From: an uncultured Acidobacteriota bacterium
Lineage (GTDB): Bacteria > Acidobacteriota > Thermoanaerobaculia > Multivoradales > UBA5704
NCBI GenBank assembly: GCA_963770895.1
Contig: CAVYRF010000001.1
Coordinates: forward strand, 704,481 to 768,480
Length of the DNA: 64,000 nucleotides
Direction: 5' to 3'
Shown here piece by piece: positions 38,469 through 46,659 of this stretch. How positions within the stretch are numbered: the stretch's first letter is position 1; every line of letters starts with the position of its first letter. The translations under genes were made by a program, and so were the position numbers. Below the pieces are notes generated by a model. It ran no database searches and had not been told where the DNA came from. It was given only the letters and a program-made list of their open reading frames with translations.

Positions 38469-39227
38469 ATGAAGACCGTGTCCCGCCTGCTGTCCGTCGC
38501 CGCCTACGGCCTGGTGCGACCGTGGATGCGGCGCCGGGTGGGCCGGACGGTGCTCGAATCGATCGATGGCGTGCCGCTGGTGGTGTTGCCCCAGGTGCTC
38601 AACCCGCGCGTCTTCCGCACCGGCGCCTGGCTGGCGCAGGCGGTGCCGCCGGCTGCCGCGCCGGCGGCCACCCGCCGCGCTCTCGACATGGGCACCGGCT
38701 CGGGCATCGGCGCCATCTTCGCCGCCCGCCGCGGCTATCGCGTGACGGCGCTCGACATCAATCCCCACGCCGTCCGGTGCGCTCGCGTGAACGCCCTGCT
38801 CAACGGCCTGGACCAGCAGATCGACGTGCGGCAGAGCGACCTGTTCGACGCCGTCGCCGGCGAACGCTTCGACCTGGTGCTGTTCAATCCGCCATTTTTC
38901 CCCGGCACGCCGCGCGATCCGCTGGACGCGGCCTGGCGCAGCCACGACGTCATCGAGCGCTTCACCGCCGGCCTGCCCGCGGCGCTGGCGCCGGGAGGGT
39001 CGGCCCTGCTGCTGCTGTCCAGCGCCGGCGGCTCCGACAGCAAGCTCCTGGCCCACGTCCCCGCCCAGCTGCGCGTCGCGCCGGTCTTCCGCCGCGGCTT
39101 TGCCGGCGAAACGATCACGCTCTTTGCCGCCACCTGGGTCCCCGCCGCCAGCGCCAGCGCGGCCCAGGCCGGCGCCGCCCGGCCGCTGGCGGCGCCCGCG
39201 CTGTCCTCCGTGGAGGTGATGCGATGA
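38469..39227 (+). CDS. Class I SAM-dependent methyltransferase (HemK/PrmC-like small-domain family, NPPF motif)
   Basis: 252 aa from an internal Met MKTVS. Motif I is ALDMGTGSGIGAIFAARRG. The motif IV region is DLVLFNPPFFPG. It is the first gene of a five-gene translationally coupled + strand operon. Confidence 0.7.
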   Translation: MKTVSRLLSVAAYGLVRPWMRRRVGRTVLESIDGVPLVVLPQVLNPRVFRTGAWLAQAVPPAAAPAATRRALDMGTGSGIGAIFAARRGYRVTALDINPHAVRCARVNALLNGLDQQIDVRQSDLFDAVAGERFDLVLFNPPFFPGTPRDPLDAAWRSHDVIERFTAGLPAALAPGGSALLLLSSAGGSDSKLLAHVPAQLRVAPVFRRGFAGETITLFAATWVPAASASAAQAGAARPLAAPALSSVEVMR

Positions 39228-40816
39228 GCGCCAGCGTTGCCTCGGCAGGCGTGTCGGGCGCGGCGGCGGGCCGCCAGCGGGTGCTGCTGGTCAATCCGCG
39301 CATGTGCTCGCGCCGCTCGATGCGCCTGCCGCTGTCGCTGCTGTCGCTGGGTTCGGTCCTGGAAGGGCGCTACGACTACCAGCTGATCGACGGCAATGTC
39401 GATCCCGACGCCATCGGCACCGCGCTCGCCGCGCTGGCGCAAGGCGACCATGCAATGGTGGGGGTGAGCGTCATGCCGGGGCCGCAGGTGGGGCCGGCGA
39501 TCGCGCTGTCCACCGCGGTGCGCGCGCACTTCCCGCAGGTGCCGATCGCCTGGGGCGGGTACTTCCCGACCCTCTACCCGGATTCGGCGATCAACGCTTC
39601 GTACGTCGACTACGTGGTGCGCGGCCAGGGCGAAGAAACCCTGCTGGAGCTGCTGGCGCGGCTGCCCGACGCCGGGCCGCCGGCGCCGCCATCCGACTCG
39701 GCTGCCGACGCCGGCGCCCTGGCCGGCCTGGCGGGCCTGACCTTCAAGCACGACGCCGAAGTGCGGCACAACGCCGACCGCCACTTCAAGCCGCCGGACG
39801 ACCTGCCGCCGCTGCCCTACCAGCGCCTGGCCGACGTCACGCCCTACCTGCGCCCGACGTTCATGGGGGCGCGCACCGGCGTGCACCAGGCGGCCCTGGG
39901 CTGCCGCTATCGCTGCAGCTTCTGCGGCGTCGTCACGATGTTCAACGGCGTCACCCGCCTGCAGGGAGCGTCGCGCCTGGCGCAGGCGGTGACGACGCTG
40001 CGCGACAAGTACGGCGCCGACTCGATGCAGTACTACGACAACAATTTCTTCGACCGCGAAGAGAGCAGCGTGCCGCTGCTCGAAGAGCTCGCCCGCCTGC
40101 AATCGCCCTGGTGGTGCTATGCGCGCGCCGACACCATGGCGGGCTTTTCGACCCGCACCTGGGAGCTCATCCGCCAGAGCCGCATGCGCATGGCCTACAT
40201 CGGCGCCGAAGCGGGGAGCGACGCGGCGCTGCGCCAGATGAAAAAGGGGTCGCGCGTCGAAGACACGTTGGAGGTCGCGCGCCTGTGCCGCGCCTACGGC
40301 GTGGTGCCCGAGCTGTCGTTCGTGCTCGGCGGCCCCGACGATCCCGAAGGCGAGGTCGAGCACACCCTGAGCTTCATCAAGCGCATCAAGCAGATCCACC
40401 CCACCTGCGAAGTCGTGCTGTACTTCTACAGCCCGACGCCGCGGCGGGAAGCCGCGTCAGAGGCGACGCGGGCCAGCGGCCTGCGCCTGCCGGTGATGGA
40501 CAACTACGGCCCGGACGGCCCGCCGCTGCCGACGACGCCGCTCGAATGGACCGAGCGCAAGTGGATCGACTACGTGTGCCACCAGGACGCGCCCTGGCTG
40601 TCGCCGCGCCTGCGCCGCCGCGTGCGCGACTTCGCGACCGTGCTCGGCTGCCGTTTCCCGACCGTGCAGGACGCCAAGACCCCGGACTGGGGCAAGGCGA
40701 TCCTGCGCAACCTGTCCCGCTGGCGCTACAGCAGCGGCCTCTACGGCAGCCCCTGGGAGCTGGAGCTGGCCCGGCGCCTGGTGCCCTTGCGCCAGCCGCA
40801 GCGCGAAAGCCTGTGA
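39224..40816 (+). CDS. Cobalamin-binding (class B) radical SAM enzyme
   Basis: The ATG overlaps the previous stop (ATGA). The N-terminal B12-domain-like Rossmann region reads RVLLVNP...VGVSVMPGPQVG...IAWGGYFPTLYPD. The rSAM cluster is CRYRCSFCG. 530 aa. Confidence 0.85.
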   Translation: MSASVASAGVSGAAAGRQRVLLVNPRMCSRRSMRLPLSLLSLGSVLEGRYDYQLIDGNVDPDAIGTALAALAQGDHAMVGVSVMPGPQVGPAIALSTAVRAHFPQVPIAWGGYFPTLYPDSAINASYVDYVVRGQGEETLLELLARLPDAGPPAPPSDSAADAGALAGLAGLTFKHDAEVRHNADRHFKPPDDLPPLPYQRLADVTPYLRPTFMGARTGVHQAALGCRYRCSFCGVVTMFNGVTRLQGASRLAQAVTTLRDKYGADSMQYYDNNFFDREESSVPLLEELARLQSPWWCYARADTMAGFSTRTWELIRQSRMRMAYIGAEAGSDAALRQMKKGSRVEDTLEVARLCRAYGVVPELSFVLGGPDDPEGEVEHTLSFIKRIKQIHPTCEVVLYFYSPTPRREAASEATRASGLRLPVMDNYGPDGPPLPTTPLEWTERKWIDYVCHQDAPWLSPRLRRRVRDFATVLGCRFPTVQDAKTPDWGKAILRNLSRWRYSSGLYGSPWELELARRLVPLRQPQRESL

Positions 40817-42537
40817 CGGACACCCAGCCCGACAGGCTGCCGGCAGCGAAGCTGCCGCTGCGGCACGGCGCCTATGCGTGGCAGACGCGCTGGCGCCCCG
40901 GCGAGCTCGCCACCGCCCGCTTCATGCCCATGGGCCTCCACCTGGAGCTGGTCACCAACAGCCCGCCCCTCCTGGCTGCCGCCCGCCAGTGCTTCGGCGG
41001 CTACGGCGAGCCGGCGCCAGACCGCCCCGTCGATCTCACCCTGAGGCTCTACCAGCACTCCGTCGACGCGCCGGCGCCAGGCGCTGGCGTCGCTACGACC
41101 GCCGCTACGTCCGGCCACCTCGCCACGGCAACGGCCGCCGCCGCCAACCCGGCCGGCACCGCCGGCCTCCCCGACCTGGCCAACACCGCCAACCCCGCCG
41201 ACCAGGGGTTCAACGGGGGCAGCGTCGCGGCGATCCACCCAGTGAGGGCGGCTGCCCTCCCGGAGGCCGGGCCGCCCGGCGCCGCCACGTCCGGCAGCTG
41301 TGTCGCCGCAACCGCCGCCGGCGCCACCCCCGGCTCCGTCGCTGCAACCGCCATCCACGCCTCGACGACCGGCAACGCCGCTGCTGCAACCGCCATCGGC
41401 GCCGCCATGTCTGGCAGCTCTAGCGCAGCAACCGCTGCCGACGCTACGACCGGCAACTCCGCTGCTGCAGCCGCCATCGGCGCCGCCATGTCTGGCAGCT
41501 CTAGCGCAGCAACCGCTGCCGACGCTACGACCGGCAACTCCGCTGCTGCAGCCGCCATCGGCGCCGCCATGTCTGGCAGCTCCGTCGCCGCAACCGCTGC
41601 CGACGCTACGACCGGCAGCTCCAGTGCCGCAACCGCTGCCGACGCTACGACCGGCAGCTCTAGTGCAGCAACCGCTGGCGACGCCACGACCGGCAGCTCC
41701 GTCGCCGCCACCTCACCTGTCGCCGCGATGGCTGGTGCCGCCGCCGGCGGCCGGGACGTGCATTTCTTTGACGGCGGCGCCGCCGGCGCGCCGCTGTCCG
41801 CGCCGATCCTGCGCTGCGAGGGTCCGTATCTCTACCAGGCCAGCGGGTCTGACACGGTGATGGTGGCCGACCGCGGCGCCGGGGTCACCTTCGGCTACCT
41901 GGCCGCAGCGACCGTGGCCGATGCAGCGCACCTCACCTGGCACTACCTGTGGCCGGCGGTTTCCTATCACCTGGAATGCCGCGGTTTTGCCGGAGTGCAC
42001 GCCGCCGCCATCGCGCGGCGAGGCCGCGGGCTGCTGCTGCGCGGCCGCAGCGGCCAGGGCAAGACGACGCTCACCTATGCGGCCACCCGTCGCGGCTGGC
42101 AGGCCGTCAGCGAAGACATCGTATGGGTGGACGCCCGCGGCGCCACCTGGTGGGGCTCGCCCTGGACCTTCCACCTGCTGCCGGACGCCCGCCAGCTCTT
42201 TTCCGAGTTGAGCGGGCGCGGCGTCGCCCTGCAGCCCAACGGCGAAGTCAAAGTGGTGGTCGACATGGAATCCCTCTGGCCCGGCAGCACCCTGCCCAAG
42301 GCCGCGGCCGGCCCGGTGGTCATCCTGGAGCGCCGCCATGGCGGCACCAGCAGCCTGGTCACCCTCGACCCGGCCACAGCGCACCACGAATGGCTGGACG
42401 GCTGCGCCCGCCACGAGCGCCAGGCCCCCGGCTACGACCAGACGGTGGCGGACCTGCTCAGCAGAGGTTGCCACCGCCTCCACCTGGGAGACGACCTGGA
42501 CGGCGCCCTGGACCTGTTGGAGCCGCTCCTGCCATGA
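40813..42537 (+). CDS. HPr-kinase-related Ser/Thr kinase-like P-loop protein with internal Ala/Thr/Ser/Gly-rich tandem-repeat insert
   Basis: The GTG start overlaps the previous stop (GTGA); an alternative start is Met +38. The N-terminal domain reads YAWQTRWRPGELATARFMPMGLHLELV. The 230-aa low-complexity insert is encoded by perfect 81-bp tandem repeats. The C-terminal HprK-like domain carries GAGVTFGYL...HAAAIARRGRGLLLRGRSGQGKTTLTYAA (GxSGxGKT/S P-loop). Confidence 0.7.
   Translation: MTDTQPDRLPAAKLPLRHGAYAWQTRWRPGELATARFMPMGLHLELVTNSPPLLAAARQCFGGYGEPAPDRPVDLTLRLYQHSVDAPAPGAGVATTAATSGHLATATAAAANPAGTAGLPDLANTANPADQGFNGGSVAAIHPVRAAALPEAGPPGAATSGSCVAATAAGATPGSVAATAIHASTTGNAAAATAIGAAMSGSSSAATAADATTGNSAAAAAIGAAMSGSSSAATAADATTGNSAAAAAIGAAMSGSSVAATAADATTGSSSAATAADATTGSSSAATAGDATTGSSVAATSPVAAMAGAAAGGRDVHFFDGGAAGAPLSAPILRCEGPYLYQASGSDTVMVADRGAGVTFGYLAAATVADAAHLTWHYLWPAVSYHLECRGFAGVHAAAIARRGRGLLLRGRSGQGKTTLTYAATRRGWQAVSEDIVWVDARGATWWGSPWTFHLLPDARQLFSELSGRGVALQPNGEVKVVVDMESLWPGSTLPKAAAGPVVILERRHGGTSSLVTLDPATAHHEWLDGCARHERQAPGYDQTVADLLSRGCHRLHLGDDLDGALDLLEPLLP
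41371..41691 (+). repeat. Coding tandem repeats: 3 near-identical 81-bp units plus 2 x 39-bp sub-units (encoding (A)AMSGSSSAATAADATTGNSAAAAAIG repeats)
   Basis: The unit ggcaac(g/t)ccgctgctgca(a/g)ccgccatcggcgccgccatgtctggcagctctagcgcagcaaccgctgccgacgctacgacc is repeated at 41371, 41452 and 41533. Copies 2 and 3 are identical over their first 49 nt and diverge over the rest of the unit. Confidence 0.85.
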
Positions 42538-43721
42538 CGCTCGAAGCAATCGCGGACCAGGAGGCTACACCGCCTGCCGCCGCCGCCGCTGCCGGCGGGT
42601 CGCCTTCCGCCGCCGTCGCCGGTGGCGAGCCGCCACCCGGCGCTGCAGGAGACGCCGGGCGTCTGGCGTGGATGTGCGAGCGGCTGGCCGTTTGGGTGGT
42701 CGCCCCGCCGCCGCAGCCGCCGCCGGCGTGGCCGGCCGCGGCGTGGGAGGACTTTCGTGCCGCCACGCAGGTCCACGGCGTCGGCCCGCTGCTGGGGCGG
42801 CGCCTGGGCGACCGCCAGCCATGGTCGCAGGCGGCAGCCTGGCTTGGCGCCGAGCATGCCGCCAACCGCTTGCGCGTCGAGCGTCTGCACCAGGACTTGC
42901 GCGCGATCCTGGCGCGCTTTGCCGCCGCGGACGTGCCGCTCATGCCGCTCAAGGGCGCGGTGCTGGGGCCGCTCTATTATTCCGACCCCGCGGAGCGGCC
43001 AATGGCCGACCTGGACCTGCTGGTGCGCGCCGAAACGCTGGCGCAGAGCGCCCAGCTGCTGGTCGACATCGGCTATGAGGTGGTCTTTGAAGGCCGCAAA
43101 CACGTCAAGCTGGCGCCGCGCGGCGGCCGTCGCCGCCCGGTCAGCGACGCCGGCGGCGCCAGCGACGGCGACGTTGGCGCCGACGCCGGTGGTAGCCCCG
43201 GCCCCGGCCCCGGCGACCACGAGGCGGCCGGCGAGCACCCCGACAACCCGCGCTGGGTCGAGCTGCATCCGGCCTGCGGCGAATGGCTGGGGGACGAGCG
43301 CATCGATCTGACCGGCCCGATCTGGGCCGGCGCCCGCCGGCAGCCGCTGCTGGGCGAGCCGGCCTGGCTGCCCGACCCGGCGACCCATTGGCTCTACCTG
43401 TTGGTGCATGCCACCCACCACATCCTGATCAATCGCTTCCGTCTCATCCAGCTGCTCGACCTGCTGCTGCTTTGCCCGACGGACCTGTTGGGCGCCGCCC
43501 TCCAGGTCGAGCCGCCCGCCGCCGCGGCCGCCATGGCGCGCGCCCTGTACCCGCCTCTCGCGCTCCTCCAACGGTACTTCCCGGCGGGCGCCACCGCCGC
43601 CGCGACGGCCCTGCGCCAGGACTTGCGCGCGCGGCTGGCGCCCGGCTACGCGGCCTGGGCCGACGGCCTGGACCTGTTCCAGGCTTGCTATCTCGACGCC
43701 GCGCCGTGGAGGGCGCCATGA
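42534..43721 (+). CDS. Nucleotidyltransferase-family protein (pfam14907/NTP_transf_5-like)
   Basis: The ATG overlaps the previous stop (ATGA). 395 aa. The motif PLMPLKGAVLGPLYYSDPAERPMADLDLLV fits the G[SG]...D.D nucleotidyltransferase fold. The C-terminal region reads HWLYLLVHATHHILINRFRLIQLLDLLLL. Confidence 0.7.
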   Translation: MTLEAIADQEATPPAAAAAAGGSPSAAVAGGEPPPGAAGDAGRLAWMCERLAVWVVAPPPQPPPAWPAAAWEDFRAATQVHGVGPLLGRRLGDRQPWSQAAAWLGAEHAANRLRVERLHQDLRAILARFAAADVPLMPLKGAVLGPLYYSDPAERPMADLDLLVRAETLAQSAQLLVDIGYEVVFEGRKHVKLAPRGGRRRPVSDAGGASDGDVGADAGGSPGPGPGDHEAAGEHPDNPRWVELHPACGEWLGDERIDLTGPIWAGARRQPLLGEPAWLPDPATHWLYLLVHATHHILINRFRLIQLLDLLLLCPTDLLGAALQVEPPAAAAAMARALYPPLALLQRYFPAGATAAATALRQDLRARLAPGYAAWADGLDLFQACYLDAAPWRAP

Positions 43722-45148
43722 GCGAGCCTGGCGCCGTCAGCGAGCCGGGCACCGTCGGCGAGCAGGGTGCCGTCAGCGAGCCGGGCGCCGCCAGCGAGCC
43801 GGGCACCGTCAGCGAGCAGGGCGCCGTCAGCGGGCCGGGCGCGGTCAGAGCGCGGGGCGCCGTCAGTGGGCCGCGCGGCATGAGCGGTCAAGGCGCCATG
43901 AGCGAGCGCCCGGTGGTGGTGGTGGTGGGCGACGCCGTGGCGCCCACCGGCTTCGCGCGCGTGCTGCACAGCATTCTGGGGCGGCTCGCCGACCGTTACG
44001 AGTTCCATCACCTGGGGGTCAACTACGGCGGCCAGCCGCACGAGCACGCCTGGCAGATCTATCCCGCGGACGGCGGCGGCGACCTGCACGGCGTGCGGCG
44101 CGTGCGCGACCTGGTGGAAAAGGTGCGGCCCCGCCTCGTCTTCCTGCTCAACGACCCCTGGCTGATGGGCGGCTACCTCGACGCCTTGGGCGATTGCCGC
44201 GCCGGCATCAAGGTGATCGCCTACGCGCCGGTCGACGCCGGCCCGCTGGAGGCGGAGCTGGTGGCGCCGCTCACCGGCCTGGATCACCTGGTGCTCTATA
44301 CCCGCTACGGCCTGCAGGAAATGGAGGCGTCGGCGGCGCAGCTGCGCCGCCTGCGCCCCGACGCGGCCGCCTTCCCGGCGCTGTCGGTCGTGCCGCACGG
44401 CGTCGATTCGGACCTCTTCCGCCCGCTCGCCGGCCCGCCCACGGCGGCGGCGCCCGGCGACTTTGCCGCCTCCCGCGCCGCGGCGCGCCGCCAGCTGTTC
44501 GTCGACCCGGCGCTGCACGACGCCTGGATCGTCTTGAACGCCAACCGCAACCAGCCGCGCAAGCGCATCGACGCGACGATCAAGGGCTTCGCGCTCTTTG
44601 CGCGCGACAAGCCGCCCAACGTCCGCCTCTACCTGCACATGGGGATGGTCGATTGCGGCTGGAACGTGGTCGCCCTGGCGCGCCGTCACGGCATCGAAGA
44701 CCGGCTCATCCTGACCGCCGAGGAGCACTTCCTGCCGGCGGTCGCCGACGATCTGCTCAACCAGATCTACAACGCCTGCGACGTGGGCATCAACACCTCC
44801 CTGGGCGAGGGCTGGGGCCTGGTCAACCTGGAGCACGCCGCCACCGGCGCCGCCCAGGTGGTGCCCCGCCACAGCGCCTGCGCCGAGATCTGGGACGGCG
44901 CCGCCGAGCTCGTCGAGCCCGTCGCCAGCCTCACCATGGAAGGCCTGCTGACCGAAGGCCGCCTGGTCGGCCCCGAAGGGGTCGCCCGCGCCCTCGATCG
45001 CCTGTACACCGATCCCTCCCACCTGCGCCGGCTGTCCGCCGCCGCCTACCAGGTCGCCACCCGCCCCGAATACCGCTGGGACGACGTCGCCCGCCGCTGG
45101 GACGATCTCTTCCAGCAGATGCTGGCGGCCACCCCCACTGCCGTCTGA
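43718..45148 (+). CDS. GT4-family (GT-B) glycosyltransferase with N-terminal S-E-P-G hexapeptide repeats
   Basis: The ATG overlaps the previous stop (ATGA). The N-terminus MSEPGAVSEPGTVGEQGAVSEPGAASEPGTVSEQGAVSGPGAV is encoded by 18-bp repeats. An alternative start lies at MSERPVVVV. The GT-B donor-binding region is INTSLGEGWGLVNLEHAATGAAQVV (E-x7-E). Confidence 0.75.
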   Translation: MSEPGAVSEPGTVGEQGAVSEPGAASEPGTVSEQGAVSGPGAVRARGAVSGPRGMSGQGAMSERPVVVVVGDAVAPTGFARVLHSILGRLADRYEFHHLGVNYGGQPHEHAWQIYPADGGGDLHGVRRVRDLVEKVRPRLVFLLNDPWLMGGYLDALGDCRAGIKVIAYAPVDAGPLEAELVAPLTGLDHLVLYTRYGLQEMEASAAQLRRLRPDAAAFPALSVVPHGVDSDLFRPLAGPPTAAAPGDFAASRAAARRQLFVDPALHDAWIVLNANRNQPRKRIDATIKGFALFARDKPPNVRLYLHMGMVDCGWNVVALARRHGIEDRLILTAEEHFLPAVADDLLNQIYNACDVGINTSLGEGWGLVNLEHAATGAAQVVPRHSACAEIWDGAAELVEPVASLTMEGLLTEGRLVGPEGVARALDRLYTDPSHLRRLSAAAYQVATRPEYRWDDVARRWDDLFQQMLAATPTAV

Positions 45149-45283
45149 GAAAATCGCCGTTGATCTGACCCGCTACCACCGCCCCAGACCACTAGACGTG
45201 CGATCGGGGGGCGTGGTATCTTCTAAAACAAGCAGACCAATGTCGTCCTTCGATCCTGTTTGGATGGGGGAGAGGAGGTAAGC

Positions 45284-45589
45284 GTGGCGATTACGGTTGT
45301 CAATCAGTCGGTCGGTGCTCTGTCCTATACCGTGTTCGGCGGCTCGACTTCGGGTTCGGGCACGGGCGGGTCGGGCAGCAAGGGTTCGGGAACCACGGGC
45401 TCCGGTACCCACGGCTCGGGCGGCGGCTCGGGTGTCGTGGCTTCGGGCGTCGTCGGTCCGGGTGGCACCGCGTCCGGGATCCAGGTGGGTGCAGGCTCCT
45501 ATACCGTGGTCTTCGGGTGGAAAACCTTCCCCAGCTACACGGTTTCGGCCTCGGGTGTGGTCAAGGTGACGACGACCGTCCAGCCGTAG
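45284..45589 (+). CDS. Small 101-aa Gly/Ser/Thr-rich protein, candidate modification substrate
   Basis: Ideal SD (AGGAGG) 5 nt upstream of GTG. The product is VAITVVNQSVGALSYTVFGGSTSGSGTGGSGSKGSGTTGSGTHGSGGGSGVVASGVVGPGGTASGIQVGAGSYTVVFGWKTFPSYTVSASGVVKVTTTVQP. Beta-strand-like ends flank a GS(T)-rich core. A lower-GC leader lies upstream. The gene is located between two convergent enzyme operons. Confidence 0.5.
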   Translation: MAITVVNQSVGALSYTVFGGSTSGSGTGGSGSKGSGTTGSGTHGSGGGSGVVASGVVGPGGTASGIQVGAGSYTVVFGWKTFPSYTVSASGVVKVTTTVQP

Positions 45590-45621
45590 CGCGTTCCGAA
45601 CGGTTGCCAGCGCGGCGCGGC

Positions 45622-46656
45622 GTGTCCAGACCTTCGCTGTTCGTCGTCTCGCTGCCGCGCTCTCTTTCGACGCTGCTCTACCACGCGATCCGCCAATCGC
45701 TGGCGTTGCGTGAGCCGCAGTGGACGACGGACGGGGAGATCCTCAACGTCCGTCGCTTTGCCTTTCTGGCGGAGGAGGGCGCGGTCGAGGGGGTGCGCTA
45801 CGTCCAGCGCGATCACGACGGGCCGCGCTTCGCGAAGCTCCTGGCCTTCCTCGACCAGGTGACCCAGGCTCAAGGCTTTGCCTACAAAGACGTCATCCAG
45901 CCCTTCGTCGTCGGCGAATGGCTGGCGCGCCAGAGCGCTCCGCCGGTGGGCGTGAACCGGCCCGCTGCAGCGGCCTCCTCCTCAGCCGCTGCCGAAGGCG
46001 CCACCGCCGCTGCGGCCGCCGCCGAGCGGCGCCGCTCGGCGTCATCGCCGAACAGCCCCGCACGCCCCACACCAGCGGCGCCAGCCCCCGCGGCCGTCTC
46101 TGCCTCCAGCGCTGCGGCACCCGCCCCGCGCGTCCTGGTCATCGACCGGCCGGTGCCTGACGTGGCCGCCTCGTTGCTCGATCGCGGCTGGCTGTATCCA
46201 GCGCTGGCCGCCGACGGCGCGGCGGCGCTTCCAGAGGCCGCGCGCGCGGTGGTCGCCGGTGCCCACACCGCCGACCTGTCGGCATTCCTCCCGCCCGACC
46301 AGGTGGAACGGGCGCTGGTGTCCGGCTTGCTGCGCGCCCGCCGGACCCTGGCCCGCCTGGCGGACCCGCCCCCGGCATGCGCCAGCCGGTGGGTGGTCTA
46401 CGACCAGCTGATCCACGACGAAGCGCCCTTGCATCAGGCCTTGCAGGCGCTCTACGGCGAAGACGTCCCGCCGCCCGCCTATCTGGACGACGAGTTCTGT
46501 CGCCAGCGCGATCAGGTGCTGCGCCGCCGCGCCAGCCCGCTCTACCAGCGCCTGCAGGCGCTCAGCGACGAGCTGGCGACCACGATGCTGGCCGCGCCGC
46601 CGGCCGCCGCCATCGGCGCCGGCGTCGCCGCGGCGCCACGGCGCCGCACGCAGTAG
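45622..46656 (+). CDS. Hypothetical protein with weak sulfotransferase-like N-terminal motif
   Basis: Candidate GTG start (VSRPSLFVVSLPRSLSTLLYHAIRQ). SLPRSLSTLL resembles the sulfotransferase 5'-PSB motif (G.P[KR]SGTT) but is degenerate (G to S, G to L). A long Ala/Pro-rich linker follows, and the C-terminal region has normal composition. The listed ORF start (45517) overlaps the preceding small gene and is unlikely to be real. Confidence 0.45.
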   Translation: MSRPSLFVVSLPRSLSTLLYHAIRQSLALREPQWTTDGEILNVRRFAFLAEEGAVEGVRYVQRDHDGPRFAKLLAFLDQVTQAQGFAYKDVIQPFVVGEWLARQSAPPVGVNRPAAAASSSAAAEGATAAAAAAERRRSASSPNSPARPTPAAPAPAAVSASSAAAPAPRVLVIDRPVPDVAASLLDRGWLYPALAADGAAALPEAARAVVAGAHTADLSAFLPPDQVERALVSGLLRARRTLARLADPPPACASRWVVYDQLIHDEAPLHQALQALYGEDVPPPAYLDDEFCRQRDQVLRRRASPLYQRLQALSDELATTMLAAPPAAAIGAGVAAAPRRRTQ

Positions 46657-46659
46657 CCA

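Noticed and set aside
38469-46656. Interpreting the kinase/nucleotidyltransferase/sulfotransferase-like genes as a lasso-peptide cluster
   Set aside because: No asparagine-synthetase-like lasso cyclase, transglutaminase-like leader peptidase or RRE/PqqD gene is present. The candidate small ORF (101 aa, Gly/Ser-rich) does not look like a lasso precursor.
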